A stretch of DNA of 64,000 nt from Phoronis australis (GCA_002633005.1 NMRA01000192.1:1-64000), one strand, 5' to 3'. Counted from the stretch's first letter, positions 1 to 13,597 are shown. Program-made: numbers and translations. The notes: generated from the letters alone by a model not told the origin.

Positions 1-107
1 TCACACACATTACATTTTTCCTCATGAGAAAAGCTTTTACACCTTTTTCGCAAATGTCTACACTGATTCTACTATATAGTGTGCGCCATTGTATACCCAC
101 GTGATCA

Positions 108-349
108 AGGTTTCATTAAAGCACTTCAATAGTTTCTTTGTTGGGTTAAACCAGATCGACACAGCAGGGTGGCTTAGATACTTTAAACCTGGTTTTACTA
201 AACCGGCTCTCTGGTCTAACAAAACCAGGCTTTCAGACTTTTAAACCACGTTGGTGAAATGCAAATTGGGTTTAAAATTAGACCAGGTGTAGGAAGACCA
301 GGTTTAAGTCTTAAACCTGGTTTTTTTAAACCACTTTTATGAAATCGGC
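108..349. mobile_element. Degenerate palindromic MITE-like element
   Basis: Ends GGTTTCATTAAAG and CTTTTATGAAATCGGC are loosely inverted. The interior has repeated AAACC(T/A)GGTTT palindromes. No TSD identified. Confidence 0.4.
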
Positions 350-2348
350 TGTCGTCGATGACCCGCACACGCACTCACTCTCATACGCAGACGAACATCA
401 AAACAAACGTCACGTTACAACAACGTGTGTTCATCCAGAGATTTTTCTCGTGTTGTGGAGTACGATGTAGCACACATTTGGACTTAATCGCAGATAATCT
501 GGACTCCACATGAACTTTAAAAATTGTAAAACATCAGGAAGATTTCAGGTAATTTGTTGAGTCGAAACTNGTTGTGCTTCAACTTGTACGCCTGTCGTAG
601 GTGAAACTTCGAGTTTGAGCAAGCAACCTATATTTCAAATTCAATAATTCTAATCCAAAGCTCAACTAATTGAGAATGTTAAATTTAGTATTTTAATGAT
701 TATTTGTAACTTTATTCCACTGACGTCTCATTTTAGCCCTTAACTTAGAATTTCATTACATAAGCTGGCGTATCTTGTTTCTCATCTTGACATCACGCAC
801 TTTTTTGATTGAAGCACAACACACACTCGGCCACTGGAAACGCAGTCCGTGCAAGTATTACAATGCGCGTGGCCGACGACTTAACTCAATGGTTTTGGCC
901 AAAAATAAAACCTTCATAAGAAATCACAGTACACAAAAACTTCGCATATCTATACAGTATCAAGATAATTTATATTTGACACAAATATGTGAGTAATTAC
1001 ACTCTCTGCTTCTCATGATCAAGTAGTCGAGGGATTGATGATGAAAGTCCCGCGAAATTAGACTTTCGGATTTAGCTCGCGAGCGTCCTTCAAAAACCCG
1101 GATGTGCGAAGACCGTCTGCCATGACATCACGGAATCACGTCCTTGAATTTGTGATTTTGGCATTCTTTTGTCATTTTTGTCGCCAAATCACCACTCGAC
1201 GGCAATTTGAAGAGATCGAATGAAAGAAAGTATTCTAAGAGTTGTCCGATGCTAGTTTCGTGGAGTTCCATGCACATTTGAGTAGAAAATTCTGAACAAA
1301 CAGAATTCGAGTGTCCAACCTTTATGTGGCTTATATATATTATTGAGTGACGTCATTTGCGATAAACCCAAGCGCCTGTGCCATAGACTATGTGACTGAC
1401 CGTGTATCACAAAATACGTCTTTTTCGATCACAAGTCTGATATTTGTGCTGTTGTCTGTTTTTGAGGGTGATCTCATAACGAACTGCTCGAGAATGGTCA
1501 CTTTTAGCACAGTTTATGTTTTCACTGATTTCAAGTTCAAGTGAGCGAAGGGGTAGGCCTACTTTCAACCCGGACTTGGCAGGTCAAAATAAGTACAGGG
1601 CTACTCATGGTAATTTTGTCCAATCAGTATGAGAATAAAAAGCTGTCATTAAAAGATCTAACCAATTTTACTTGGCTTTACCAATAGAATTAGAACATAG
1701 AACAAAAAACCTAGATCCGCTGAAGAGTTGAGTTTGGTCAATAGCGAAGAACCTTCACTAAAATCAGATAAAGGCATCGTTTTTATTATAAACCTTCCCG
1801 TCATTATTTCAGGAAATTTCATATAATTTTATCTTGTCACTGTCCCAAGCCGATGAGATAGCCCCGGCAATGACTTGGCCCCTATGTCAAAACCTTTGTC
1901 AATGAATATCATTGGGTCGCCGCCGGATTCGATTGAGGGCAGCATTCGGCGCAAATCAGTCCATAGTGTGTAAAATCAACATTATTTGTAAATTCAAAAT
2001 ACTGGTACTTTAATTCTGAATGCGTTGTTCATTTTATTTTCTCAACTGCCGTTTAAACAGACAAAATAACGTTTTCCGGCGTCGTGGGAAGTTGATAAAA
2101 TTCGAAAGCGCTCATGAATAACCCGAACCAAAGAGCCCGCTTTCATTGTCGAGCTAGTTTTAACTTAAAAGACATTCACTAAAACGGGAATATTTGATCA
2201 AGAAGAACAAGTGGGTGTGGAAATGAACATTGGACTGGAAAGTCACCTAAATAACTTTGAGTGACACGGGTTACAGGGGCACCAAAAAGTTGCCAAACTC
2301 TTAATTATCTCACTCACAAATAAAAGCTGGCCTGTCACCACAAATGAT

Positions 2349-3170
2349 CTTTTTTTTAAAGTGACATATATTTATTGAAGAATACACAGAACATACAAAG
2401 AAATAATAACAAACCCAGAAACCGCGAAGCATTATATCTGGGTTGTAAACAATTCATAAATGAAACTAATATACATAGAGGTATATACAGTTAAGTAGTA
2501 TCTAATATAAGTATTTCAATACTTAGATATGCTATTACAAATGTATAAAAACAAAAATATGAACAGATTCATGTATGGAAATCAGATGCAACAATATTGA
2601 TAAACGGTACATAAAAATTTACTAACGTTGCTTAGGAGGAATTCGTTGAGAACGAGGTCAAGGTTAGGACTACCATTCAATAATAATGTAACTCTAGTAG
2701 GGATATTATTACAAGACTTGAGAGCGTTAACAATTGATTGGTTTTCATTGAGTGCACGAAAGAGTGAGTCTCTCAGGTATTAGATGAGGGGACGTTTGAA
2801 GAAAATATGAGGATAAGATTGATGGTCACCACATTTACAGTTTGGAGAGACATTACTAAAGTTGTGCCTGAACTTGTCAGAGTTGTGGAAAAGGCCACAT
2901 CTGGATCTGTACAATGCTATTTCGTTATCGCGGGGAAGGGAGAATTGAGTCAAGGGTGTTGAGTTATCAAAATTATGAAAAACAGTTCTAAAATTATTTT
3001 TTATACTCGTAAAAGAGTTGCAACAAATGATCCACATATTTCGACAGTATCCCCCCTGACAAGCTACTTCAATGAGCTTGAGTCTGTAGCAAATCAAGCC
3101 ACAGCGACATGCTTTTTCTTCTCAAAGATCAGATCTAACCCAAGTAAACAACAAGATGCGACCAACTTCA
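2349..3170 (-). mobile_element. Decayed 3' fragment of a CR1/L2-group-like LINE (ORF2 C-terminus, 3' UTR, A-tail)
   Basis: ORF 2780-3097 reads LPRDNEIALYRSRCGLFHNSDKFRHNFSNVSPNCKCGDHQSYPHIFF, closely similar to ORF 13994-14731. A T-run at 2349-2357 is the A-tail. The 5' boundary is approximate. Confidence 0.75.
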
Positions 3171-4851
3171 CAACATGAAGTAACATTAAAGTTGTTATTT
3201 TACAGAAGGCGCAAGTTGCTTGTACCTTTAACTTTCATTTACAACTGAGACAGCAAAAGGGCTGCTTTACTACACCAACGCTTGTCAAATTTCGTGGTTT
3301 TCTCCGATTACATTTCCTTGCAGAAGTTCATGTATTTTTATTTATCCTTCTTTGTTGAGCCACAATGGAAATAAGACCTCCACCTCTACTTCTATTTTTG
3401 CCACATTTCATTTAATATCTGTCTCATGATTTTATTGTCATTCTTTGTAAACTGAATTATAAATACAAAAAAAAAACAATGAACACAGATGACAATTAAA
3501 AAGCACACAACCACCAGCCACAACTATTTGAAACTGAAAATGTTGTTAGTATTTGAATGCTGATATCAGACTTTCGGAAATTATTTTATATTTTCAGTTT
3601 CAATTATAAACATGGCGCATATGTTGTAGCAAAAATGAGAGAGCCCCGATAAATGGAATGATAGAACATTTCACCTACTGACCTACCATCTCAGAGCAGT
3701 GAGGGTAGGGGGAGGGGGATTTTAGGGGGGCTTACGTGTTAGAATCATTGAGTGATTACCTCGTGTTTTGGCTCAAAATGTCAAACGGGCTAAAAGCAAA
3801 TCGATCTGTTGGTGATCTGGAATAATATTGCATGGCAGATAAAGAAAAGTTTAATTTTGAAATAGTTTATTCTACATGACAAACTCTTCATTTGTGTGAC
3901 CCATTGTTGTCACAGAAATAATGGTGTGCGCATAATTTTCCTCAAAACGCGTGGGAAAGAGGACCAGGATGCGTGCGTACATGTGCGTGCGTGCGTGTGT
4001 TTACACGAATATCATTTTCTTAGTACTTCTGTGTTTACATTTGTGCTTGGAAATTATTACTCATAAAAACTTTATTGTGATAATAAACGGGATTCTAAAC
4101 ACATTTATTACACGAGAGGTAAAATCCAATATTGTCATTCGCAAAAATGATGAATGGTCAACAGCATAATGTAATGTCACGACAGCGTAATATTCTTGTA
4201 CCACTACGTGTCATGAATTCTCATGAAGTTAAGCGGTCAAATTGATCGAGTCGTTTCCCAAGATGGAAAGTCAAAAAAGATGCAAGACTGGAATGAGGGT
4301 TTGGAATCTACGTTTCAATTTAAAACAAAGTTAGTGCGAAATCCTACATTATTTGGTCAAGGCTGTTAATTTTAACTTCTGATTTCTGTTGTGTATAAAA
4401 TTGTTACGGTATGAGTATTTCTAAGATGCAATGTGCAGGATGCCTTTTGAGCAAACCCCGACTTCTCAACCGCCACTAAAAAGTCTTTAAACTAATAAAT
4501 GCCTAAAAGGAAGGAGGTAATCAAAAATGCTAAACTAATTTTCAAAAACTTCTGGGTGAAGTTTTGGGCATCTCACTGGAAAATTTACTTTTGTAAGTCA
4601 GACGTGTAAGACTTTGCAAACAAGGTGGATGACTTTTTGGTATAATTGTTTATTATTAATATACTTACTTGGAGGCTAATGAACCATTGGCTATTCGATC
4701 AAAGAAATTGAATTTCGATTAATACTCTTGCCGTTATAAAATTATTATCAACTTCAAAAAGCCAAAAATAAAACAAAAAGCGTTTTAATATTTTCTATGG
4801 TTATAAAGTAGTAATAAACCAGCCTTCAGTCGAAGAAACTAACTTTTGAAA

Positions 4852-5114
4852 CTCAGACATCTTACTGCTATAAAATTGGTCTCAACTTTTTACTTACTGA
4901 GATGAGAAGTAACTTTTGGTAATTTAAAGAATTGGCAGTTCGTTGTTGCATGATACCATGATTTGTGAATAAAACAACACTCCGTGACAAGTCATCTTGT
5001 AGAGCATCCTCTCTAGCAGTGACGAATTGACAGTTCATTCCAAGCCAGGAAATCACATCTTTTTTAACTGAAGAACAATCTGAGAACAATTTCGTGGGGT
5101 AAGTGGTCTAAATC
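4852..5114. mobile_element. MITE family A, copy 1
   Basis: Shares ATAAAATTGGTCTCAA near the left end, GTAAGTGGTCTAAATC at the right end and internal GAATTG(G/A)CAGTTC motifs with copies at 33.2, 44.6 and 45.3 kb. Confidence 0.55.
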
Positions 5115-5799
5115 AAAAGTTGTTGTTAGTGATGGAGGGTGGGTTTAAGGCTGGGTTTAAGGCGTTTTGAAACTGGACTGATTTCACAACTTGAATTTTT
5201 GTAATTTGGCACTTGAATGGTGAATAAAATGACACAGAGTGACAAGTAATAAGGAACACAGTTCTTTCTTAGACCAGAAATCACACTTATTTTGACCGAA
5301 TTGCATTTAATATTTCTGTATTTCTTGATTTATGTAACAAACTTCCAAAAAAGAGAAAACAAACAAACAAAAACATGATAATCTCCACTGGCCACAGACA
5401 TCAACAACCACTCAATATTTCCAGTTGTATTTTATATCAGAAATATAATCACAACAGTAGAGAATACAAACATCAACAAAAACTCAAAAGACACGAATAG
5501 AGGCAACATGAGGGTGACCTGTCTAAGCTTATAGCCTTAACATACTAGCATCAACAGTAACACTTGCCTAATACAGAGCAACATAGTAGACATGACTTCA
5601 GACAGGAACACATCGTTCCAGAAATCTGCAATGATATTGAAATGAGTTCTATCAGGAAGGCATTACGCTGACTCTATGAATATGTAGTGAACAAGACCAC
5701 ACACTACATATTGTGCAACTAGTAGCTCCCAGTTCAAAATTTTTAAACAAAATCCCAAAATAGTTACAAATGACATCATTAGTATACAATAAAACCTGC

Positions 5800-6440
5800 A
5801 TACACATGGATAAGATTGATTATTGCCTCCGACAAAGTTCCAAGGTACAGTGCATTGAGCCTTTCAGATAAGTTGGATTTCACTTACCCTAATACAATCT
5901 CCCAGTCCCATTGGATCAGACATATTTCAGTTTTATAACACAACCTAATAGCCTGTAATGCACTTTGCCAATTTTTTTTCCCTTAAGCTAACTTATGCTG
6001 GCCTCAATAGAGAGTCAATCTAAGCAATGGAACTGCTGCGGCATGTATCAGAACAGGAGACAGATTGCCATGGATTACACCACATGCTGGTTCAACAGTA
6101 GTGGCTCCACCTTTAGGCAAAATTAAGTAAATGCTTTACTTTTTGTGAACGTTTTGGATTTACAATTGAAAACACCCAGTAGTCATTCTATTTCACATTC
6201 AATCACTCATCTTCTTATACAGATATCTTATCCCATGCTAAAAATCTACCACAAAGAGATTTCAAAATAAGACAGTCCAGGTATTCAAACATGTGAGAAC
6301 TAAGTAGTCTGGTAGCCTTCATAATGAACATACTTGAGTAATTCTTGGTTCAATTATAGAAAGCATCACGGTCCAGTTTTTGAATTACTTGCCAACAACC
6401 TCAAGAGTAGGCGAATTTAAAAATTTGCTCCATAATTTTT
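5800..6440 (-). pseudogene. Decayed catalytic core of a P-element/THAP9-like transposase
   Basis: Frameshifted or stop-containing blocks occur in the expected order: FK.PTL/RLL..FKNW, LNQELLKYVHYE/ATRL, FLAWDKISV*EDE*L (cf. the DEM.IQEDL motif) and HVV*SM..F*Y. Several stops are CAA>TAA or CGA>TGA type. The region lies directly downstream of the THAP exons. Confidence 0.5.
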
Positions 6441-6569
6441 CCAATCTCTACATGCACACAACAGATGTGATCTCCGCATTACCAACCACTGACAGTGTTA
6501 TCGCCATGGGTCATGCCATCTCTCTCCTCACATATACAAACACACAAATGAACGAACGGGCAGACTACC

Positions 6570-6790
6570 TCGCTCGCCTTTTCCCTTGCTCCCACATTCC
6601 GTGGCTGCTTCCCACACCTTGCCTCCCACTATTGCTCATTCCCTCCCTTCCCCACATGCTTCCTCTTCCCACCCTGCCACGTTACCTCCCTCCCTAATGT
6701 TGCCCCCTTCATCCCTCTGCCCCTTGCATACTCACTACTAACCTCCCTCAACTCCCGTCTCCCGCACACCCTCTCTCGCTCACTCCCATC
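6570..6790. repeat. C/T-rich low-complexity tract
   Basis: Runs such as CCCTCCCTTCCCCAC. G-rich on the - strand. Confidence 0.7.
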
Positions 6791-6846
6791 AGTACAAACT
6801 CACTCTACTCAACAAATACAACTACACTGAAACACAAAATCACTTT

Positions 6847-7166
6847 TCACAGTAAAACTGACAAAATATCCTCCAAATCTGGTGACTCAATTACTGTGTC
6901 TGCCTTAGAAGGTTCCACCGGCGACATTTGCATCTTAGCCAACTGACACTGCAACAGTTTGTTATGTTTACGTGTCATCTTAAAGGCTTCAACAATGGCC
7001 TCATGGCTCATTTTGGCGAGAGGAGTATTCGGATTTAGCGGACGTATCACTGATTTCCGTTTTAAACGCAACTTAAGGGTCCTGGCCACTTGTCGGCAGG
7101 GGCAACATGGTTTTCCAACTCCTGTGCAATTAACGTGGCGAGCAGAAGACACCAGTTTGTTGTTGA
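6847..7166 (-). CDS. THAP/P-transposase-derived gene, exon 5 (H-x2-C...C-x2-C cluster, basic and coiled-coil-like region, stop)
   Basis: Acceptor ttgtttcattttAG in phase 1 matches exon 4. Reads VNNKLVSSARHVNCTGVGKPCCPCRQVARTLKLRLKRK...NPNTPLAKMSHE...SVLL*. Confidence 0.7.
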
Positions 7167-7814
7167 CTAAAATGAAACAAAGTGAGACATTTTTCACATT
7201 TTCAGCGAATTACATTCACCCAACTACCATTGACAAGAGATGCACTCAAAGAGTACAAGTACCTCTCCAAACACAAAAAACAATTCAAGAGATTTCATTT
7301 GTCGCACTGCAGTTGTTTTTAAAATGTAATGTGGGGGTCATCAATTCATAAACATGCAGTGACATCACAGTTAACGTATGGACAAAGTCATGTAAACTGA
7401 TTTACAATTTGCGTTTTAGGTGGCAAGATTCGAACACCGTGATCGGATGGTGTATGCCTCGAGAATCTTTCGCTCAAAAGACTTGCTAGTCTATGTGAAC
7501 TTATTCAATGCATTTTGAGACTGGCTTTCAATACTTCACTTTTCTGTGGTGGTGACACTTCTTTCTAACTGACTAAGATTTGCAAGCTCAATTAACTCGG
7601 GCATGTCTTTATGAATAGGCTCAACTTGCTGCTTGTCTGGGGCGTACCTTGCTATCAAAATTCTTTTAATCCCCTAAGGAACCGCCCAAGGTATAGCACC
7701 TCGCCTAGCCTTATCTTGGTGTAGCAAGGATATACCGTAAATGCCATTCCCAAGGCAAGTCACCCACACACTACAATAAATGCCAAACATATTCGGACAA
7801 AATGACCCATTTAC

Positions 7815-8028
7815 CTAAGTCATAAAAGTTGTCAGCATAGTGTTGGCTACCTCTGCAGTCTGAGACTGCCAAAAGATCTGGGTTAGTTACTCCCGGGCAA
7901 ACAGCTGAATTAAACAAGCACTGGAGTGCTTTCAACACAGTCATGTTTTCATCCTTCATCTTTAGTGGTCTTCCAAGTACATAGGCTTGCTCTACTTCTC
8001 CTCTGGATATCTTTAAACATTTAATAAT
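7815..8028 (-). CDS. THAP/P-transposase-derived gene, exon 4
   Basis: Acceptor cttgtattttAG (phase 0) and donor G|GTAAAT (phase 1). Reads IIKCLKISRGEVEQAYVLGRPLK...AVCPGVTNPDLL... Confidence 0.7.
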
Positions 8029-9635
8029 CTAAAATACAAGAACGTGTATTTGACAGATCGTCTGGTGTTTCCAATGCTATTATTACACCTATGTACATAC
8101 GACACACTACATTCTGATAGTTGGTAACAATGGCATGTTTCATGAACTCTTTTTAAAGTCTGTAAGTACATGGATTCAACATATCTAAAAGGCCCTTAGC
8201 CTCATTTTACTCCTTCTTTAAATGGAAACACAAGTGCATTCGGTTCTTAAGATATGTTTTGAACATCACTCGAGCACAACATTGCCTAAGGTAATGAACA
8301 GCTAGGCTTATGGACTTGCAGTGAAATCTAAAAAAATTTAGACAAAAATAATTGCCAAAAGAGGATTTTCTTTATTTTCAAGGGATTCAAACATTGTTGT
8401 GAATGAACACAAATTTTCAAAATATTGCTTGTTGGTAGCTATGGTATAGAACTTGAATATGGCAAAGAATCATGTTGGCACTACGCATCCTAATGGAGTA
8501 ATTAGAAATAAAAATTCACCTGTCCAACCTATTGTGGCCTAAGCTGGTGACACTTTATCGAATTTACATCAACATCACTGGTTCTGTTCAGACCCGTACT
8601 CAATACAACAAAGTTTGGACTTTCGTTCCTGGTATAGTGTGTTCTTGTGTCGATATAATTTGAAGCAAAAAGGCTACTTCAACTATCATTGGACGAGTCT
8701 ACGACAGAATGAATAATCTGTGTTTTCTTATGTTGCTTTAAAGTGTTGCTGGGACTATCTGGATACGTAAGCCTATACATCTAAGATGAGTTATATATTC
8801 TCCAGTTTGGTACAGTTTCAAAATTCAAAATGGTAAGTTAACTACCTTTCAATGATTGTACAGGGCAGATTTAGAGACCAACAGTTTGCCAATGCAACCT
8901 CACATTTTGTTTGGCGACAGAGTAAAAATCCCAAGTCAACACGAAGTTGCTAGAGTTTTACAAATTGCAACCAACTGAACCAAGTCAGAAAATGTCAAAC
9001 AAAGAAAAAATTATGAACAATTTTCTTCGACATTAATGGTGGCAAACTTTTGAGTTATCACACTTTTCCTAACAATGCGTTTGGTTCATAACTGTTCTTT
9101 GTGAAATCAGTACATTTGCTGCCCTTAGCACCCACCCAAACACAACAGGAAGTAAACAGACAGGAGCCGGAACTGTTCTGCAAAAATGGGCAAGCCTGAG
9201 TCCCGACCATAATGCATACGCAAACACTGCTTTCTGATCGCCGCTTAGGTAAGAGCTGAATGGGAAATCGGCCATCATTTTTTCCAATACCTGTTGCCCA
9301 TAACAAAAAGGGTTTACTTTTTTCTGCAAGCTCATTTCCCACTTGACGAAAAGGGAATTTTATCAGGTCGCATTTGGAAAGTTGATGTTATGTTAAGTGT
9401 CAAGCCCTGTACTATGTCCAGGGTAGAACTCATAGGGCGAGGTGTGCTTTTTTGAAAACAGAAAATTTAATACTTATTTTATCTTAGTTTGGAAGATTTG
9501 CAGAATTTTGATGCCCTAAAAAGCGATGGAAATAAAGTTTCCAAGGATATTTTTGGACTTTTAATGAGAAGATGCAAATGAGTAGGCATAGCCATTGCAG
9601 TAAAAATTCAGCAACTGCATCCTAATACACATTAC

Positions 9636-10229
9636 CTTCCAGTCTCTGATTTCCATAATTTCAAAGTTGTCGTCATCATGCCGGAATATTTTCCAGGAAC
9701 TGTTATTCCTTAAAAAGTTTAATACATCCTGAAAATTATTTGGTCTCGAACTGGCCAATGGGGATGGCACAGAAGCACTGACAACAGACGAAGTTGAAGA
9801 TACTGTCGAGGCTTTGCTGACAATTGGAATCAAATAGTCTGCAGGTGCACTGGTAAGAGTTGAAGATGATACAGGTTTACAGGTGAGAATCGCAGTCGAT
9901 GTTGCAGGTTTACTGCTGACAGTTGAAGATGAGAATGCAGTCGGTTTATTTCCAACAGTCAATGTTAAAACTGAAGCAGGTTTATCAGTGACAGTCGACT
10001 TAAGACAACTTGCGGGTCCATTGCCGGCAATTAAAGATGCAGGATTTGCATTATTAGACGCTGTAGATATGCCATGCCCACTTCTGTCCTTCAAAATTGA
10101 CACAGCTGCAGATGAACTGCTGACAGTCGAAGTCACAGCTTTACTGGTGATACTCCAAATTGAAGATATTACAGGCACACTGCTAATGGCTGATGTGCAT
10201 CCGGTTTCACTCTTGACAGGTAAGTTTGC
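9636..10229 (-). CDS. THAP/P-transposase-derived gene, exon 3 (Ser/Thr-rich linker with degenerate repeats)
   Basis: Acceptor ttttgtttgtcatttAG and donor AAG|GTAATG. 594 nt open, phase 0 to 0. Matches ORF 9561-10178. Confidence 0.72.
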
Positions 10230-11260
10230 CTAAATGACAAACAAAAGATTTGTAATTACCTATTATCACTCAGGATTAAGCTGTCCTTAACAAATTGTTG
10301 TATTTTCCACAAACGTAATATTTTCGCAAAAAACCTCCAAGTTCTGCTACTTCTTTATTCTATTAGCTACAAAAGTATCGCCAGTTTTCTTTAAAGGCCT
10401 TTTAACCCAAGGGCTTGGTGGTCAAACATCAAGACTTTCAATTTTCAAGGAATGTTGATGTTTTCAAGGCTCAGTTCTCAGCCTAATAGGCCTCAAAAGA
10501 AAATTCCACACGCTTTTACAATTAATAGAATAAAGAAACAACTTACAAGTTTCATGTGATAACATTCATATTTGTGAAAATTAGAGCGATATCAGATTTG
10601 CTTATAAGGTCACTTATGTAATCTTAATAGAGAACAGATATTGCTAATTAAGAGCAGGTAAAATGATATCATAACAAAGCATCTTCACCTTAGGGCATCA
10701 TAATGGCAAAAGAGCATGGTAAATCTGTATCAACAAAAATGTAAAGAAAAGTTTACTCCATTTTTAGAACAGGCGTGGTTTTAAATGTATATTTGCAAAA
10801 AGAAAACATTTTGTGGTATTATCTTGAGCATTTGCTGTAATAAAACTGAACAAATTGCTGAACAAATTGTAACTTCAAATGATTCTTTTAATCCAAAACT
10901 GAAATATCATCACCTCACTACAAAGTACAATGATGGCACACTGGCAATAAAAAAATACATGACAAATATCTCTTGTTCAATTTTATGTCCGAAAAACAGC
11001 AGTTTCCAAATGCAATTCAGTGTTGTGCATCCACGCAGTCTTTTATCTCTCATCACAGCTTACACGCCAATTATCTACCACCATGAATCTGTAAACACAC
11101 CCTCTCCCTGGTTGAAATATGGGAAAACACACTAATTATACCGATTCTTGGCTCGTAATTAATTCATGGAAAGGCAGTAGACCCAATGTAATAACGACGA
11201 TTGCAAGAAATAGTACTGAAATCCAAACGCTTTTTATAAAAAAATTGTGAAGAAACTCAC

Positions 11261-11397
11261 AAGAGATGCATGGAAACGCCAGACTTTTCTTGGAATGCCT
11301 CGGACTTTTCTCAAAGTTCCATTCTTCTTAGGTTCCTCAAGATCTAGAAATCGCGTTGGTAAACTCCCAACTTTAAGACCTCTTTGAAAGTCATCTC
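11261..11397 (-). CDS. THAP gene exon 2 (C-terminal AVPTIF-like motif of the THAP domain)
   Basis: Reads DDFQRGLKVGSLPTRFL. Donor is CTT|GTGAGT. The acceptor (atcttgcatgaAG) is weak but phase-compatible with exon 1. Confidence 0.65.
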
Positions 11398-12327
11398 CTT
11401 CATGCAAGATATAATTTATACAATTAGTTCGCACAAAAATAATTGTCAAAATCGTCATTTTTTCCACTTTTCAAAGGTTGATTACTTCAATGCAAACAAT
11501 AGTAAATTTTCCAACATCTACGCAAACAAACAATGTTAGTGTTAGACTACAACTTTCTTAATCTTTATTTTTGTGGAAAAAATTTGTTGGTCATAGTGTG
11601 CACGAAATAACCGAAGAATCATCCTTATAATACTTCTAAGTATTTTACTCTACATCTCACTAAACTGACTCAGTTTGGTTAGTCGCAACACTTCAATTGG
11701 AAGGAGGATGGTGTTGTGATCTCAGTTATCCCTCGGGTTTAGAATATTGGTTTTGTAGTATCATCTCAAATCCGTAAACCTTCCATCAAGGAAAGTGAGT
11801 GACCACAAATTGTGGTAACAGTGAAGTGATAATGATTTGGGATATTATTAAGTTGTTTCATTTACCTAAATTTGGCAATGGACGGCAACGCATCGCTATT
11901 CATTACTTGATTACGTGAATGAATATCAATAAATTATCTATATATCAAAACGCTAATTTCGGATCCGGATGTTGAGTGGGCAACTGTCGTTCGACTACGT
12001 TGGACAGAAACTTCTCGAAAGTGGTCGCGAGGACACCCATAAGTCCTCATGTGCAATCAGTCTTGTTGTGGGATATTATGGTCATATACAATAGACAATC
12101 ACTGCATTTTTACATTTTGGGTTCAAATTGAATTGTAAATAAAGACAGTTTCAAGTGTTCGGGGTTTCCCACATCAGGTCAGGTGTTAATATTTATCTGG
12201 ATCAACCTTTTGTCACATTGGACTGGTACTGAATAACGTAATCCCACTGGGCACTTTCTTTTAATGGTTAAAAGTTTTCAAGTTATCAAATATGACTGAT
12301 CGACGATCTCATTCATATCTTCATGCT

Positions 12328-12497
12328 TGACACTTTCAAGTTATTGTGTGTGTGTCATGCCACATAATAATCAGTGAAAATCCAAAGGTTGTAACAGTCA
12401 TATTCCTTGTCCTGACACTTTCAAGTTATTGTGTGTGTGTCATACCACATAATAATCAGTGAAAATCCAAAGGTTGTAACAGTCATATTCCTTGTCC
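12328..12497. repeat. Tandem duplication, 2 x 85 bp
   Basis: TGACACTTTCAAG...TTCCTTGTCC starts at 12328 and again at 12413. The copies are nearly identical. Confidence 0.9.
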
Positions 12498-13438
12498 AAT
12501 TTTCAAAATTCAAAAACCTTATCACATGTGCTTTTCATGAGCTTTTGGTTAATGTTCAAATATGTTATAACTGTTATAACTCAACTTTTGTTTTTAAAAG
12601 CGGTCAGGCTAGATATGATCTCATTGGAGATTAGAGCAATTATCGAACAAACGAGAGCTGGCCCTCCAACCATAAAAGCCAGAATGGAGTTAAACACTGG
12701 TGTAAGATATTGGCTACAGGGGTCATATTCCCAACTTGTTGTTGGGCTATAGAATCGAACAAGTTGGGATCAACGGAAAAACCCCGTAATGCTGTCAAGT
12801 TGCCCAATCTCGACCAGTTTAGGTGTCAACACAGGATTCTTTTTATGAGTGGGCCAACGGTGGACAGTGACTGGTTACTATTTGTTAATATTTTTTTCTA
12901 ATAATTATTGTTTTTCCGGTACAAGCTTTGTGTTTAAATTTATTCACATATTTGATGAATTCTTCACATTAAAATAAAAATATCATTGAACATGTAGTGC
13001 ACGCAAAACGAGTTCCCGCCATGCCATACCACCTTTGTTTGGATCAGCCTGCTCAAGAGTCAATTTTTTAATATGTCATTTTCTTGTACATCTTCATCAT
13101 CCCAACGTGGCAACCATTGACTGCCTTGTGAAGTTGACGTTCTAGTTTCCATCTGAGAAGAAGGAGACATCCTTGCCATTTTTGATGGTAAGCACTATCA
13201 AAAACAGCAAGGTCGCCTTGTGATAACTTTGTTAAACTACAATTTCGAAGCTGACGTGAACACTAACGCTAAACTTTGCGGTTGACCGCAGTTAACATCG
13301 TAGTAGCAATGTTAACTGTATGGGAAAGAGCCTATAAACTGTTTGACCACGAACCAATACAAATTCTGAATTCATGGTCAAATGCTGATCATGTTCAGTT
13401 TCTAAATCACTGAAATTGCCCAACAAAAACTGAAGTTA

Positions 13439-13597
13439 CCGTAATCGTTCGGGTTAACGCCCTGGGCGGTTAAATTGGCGAATCCAAAAAATCGGGGGAA
13501 GGCGCTTAACCGAGCAGTGGGCGGTTAAATCGAAAATCCACTTAAAGTTGGGGATGGGCGGTTAACTGAGCATGGGCGTTAACCCGAACGATTACGG
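13439..13597. mobile_element. Tc1/mariner(pogo)-type MITE
   Basis: Perfect 24-bp TIRs CCGTAATCGTTCGGGTTAACGCCC / GGGCGTTAACCCGAACGATTACGG, flanked by TA at 13437-38 and 13598-99. Internal GGGCGGTTAA repeats. Confidence 0.88.

Noticed and set aside
1719-1750. CTGAAGAG...GCGAAG hammerhead-like string
   Set aside because: The GAAA core is broken and the stems are incomplete.
6959-7351. 130-aa + strand ORF
   Set aside because: Antisense to THAP exon 5, with no recognisable motif.
9058-9342. Two overlapping - strand ORFs in intron 3 as extra THAP-gene exons
   Set aside because: No convincing splice sites, and exon 3 joins exon 4 in frame without them.
9883-10233. 116-aa + strand ORF
   Set aside because: Antisense shadow of THAP exon 3.
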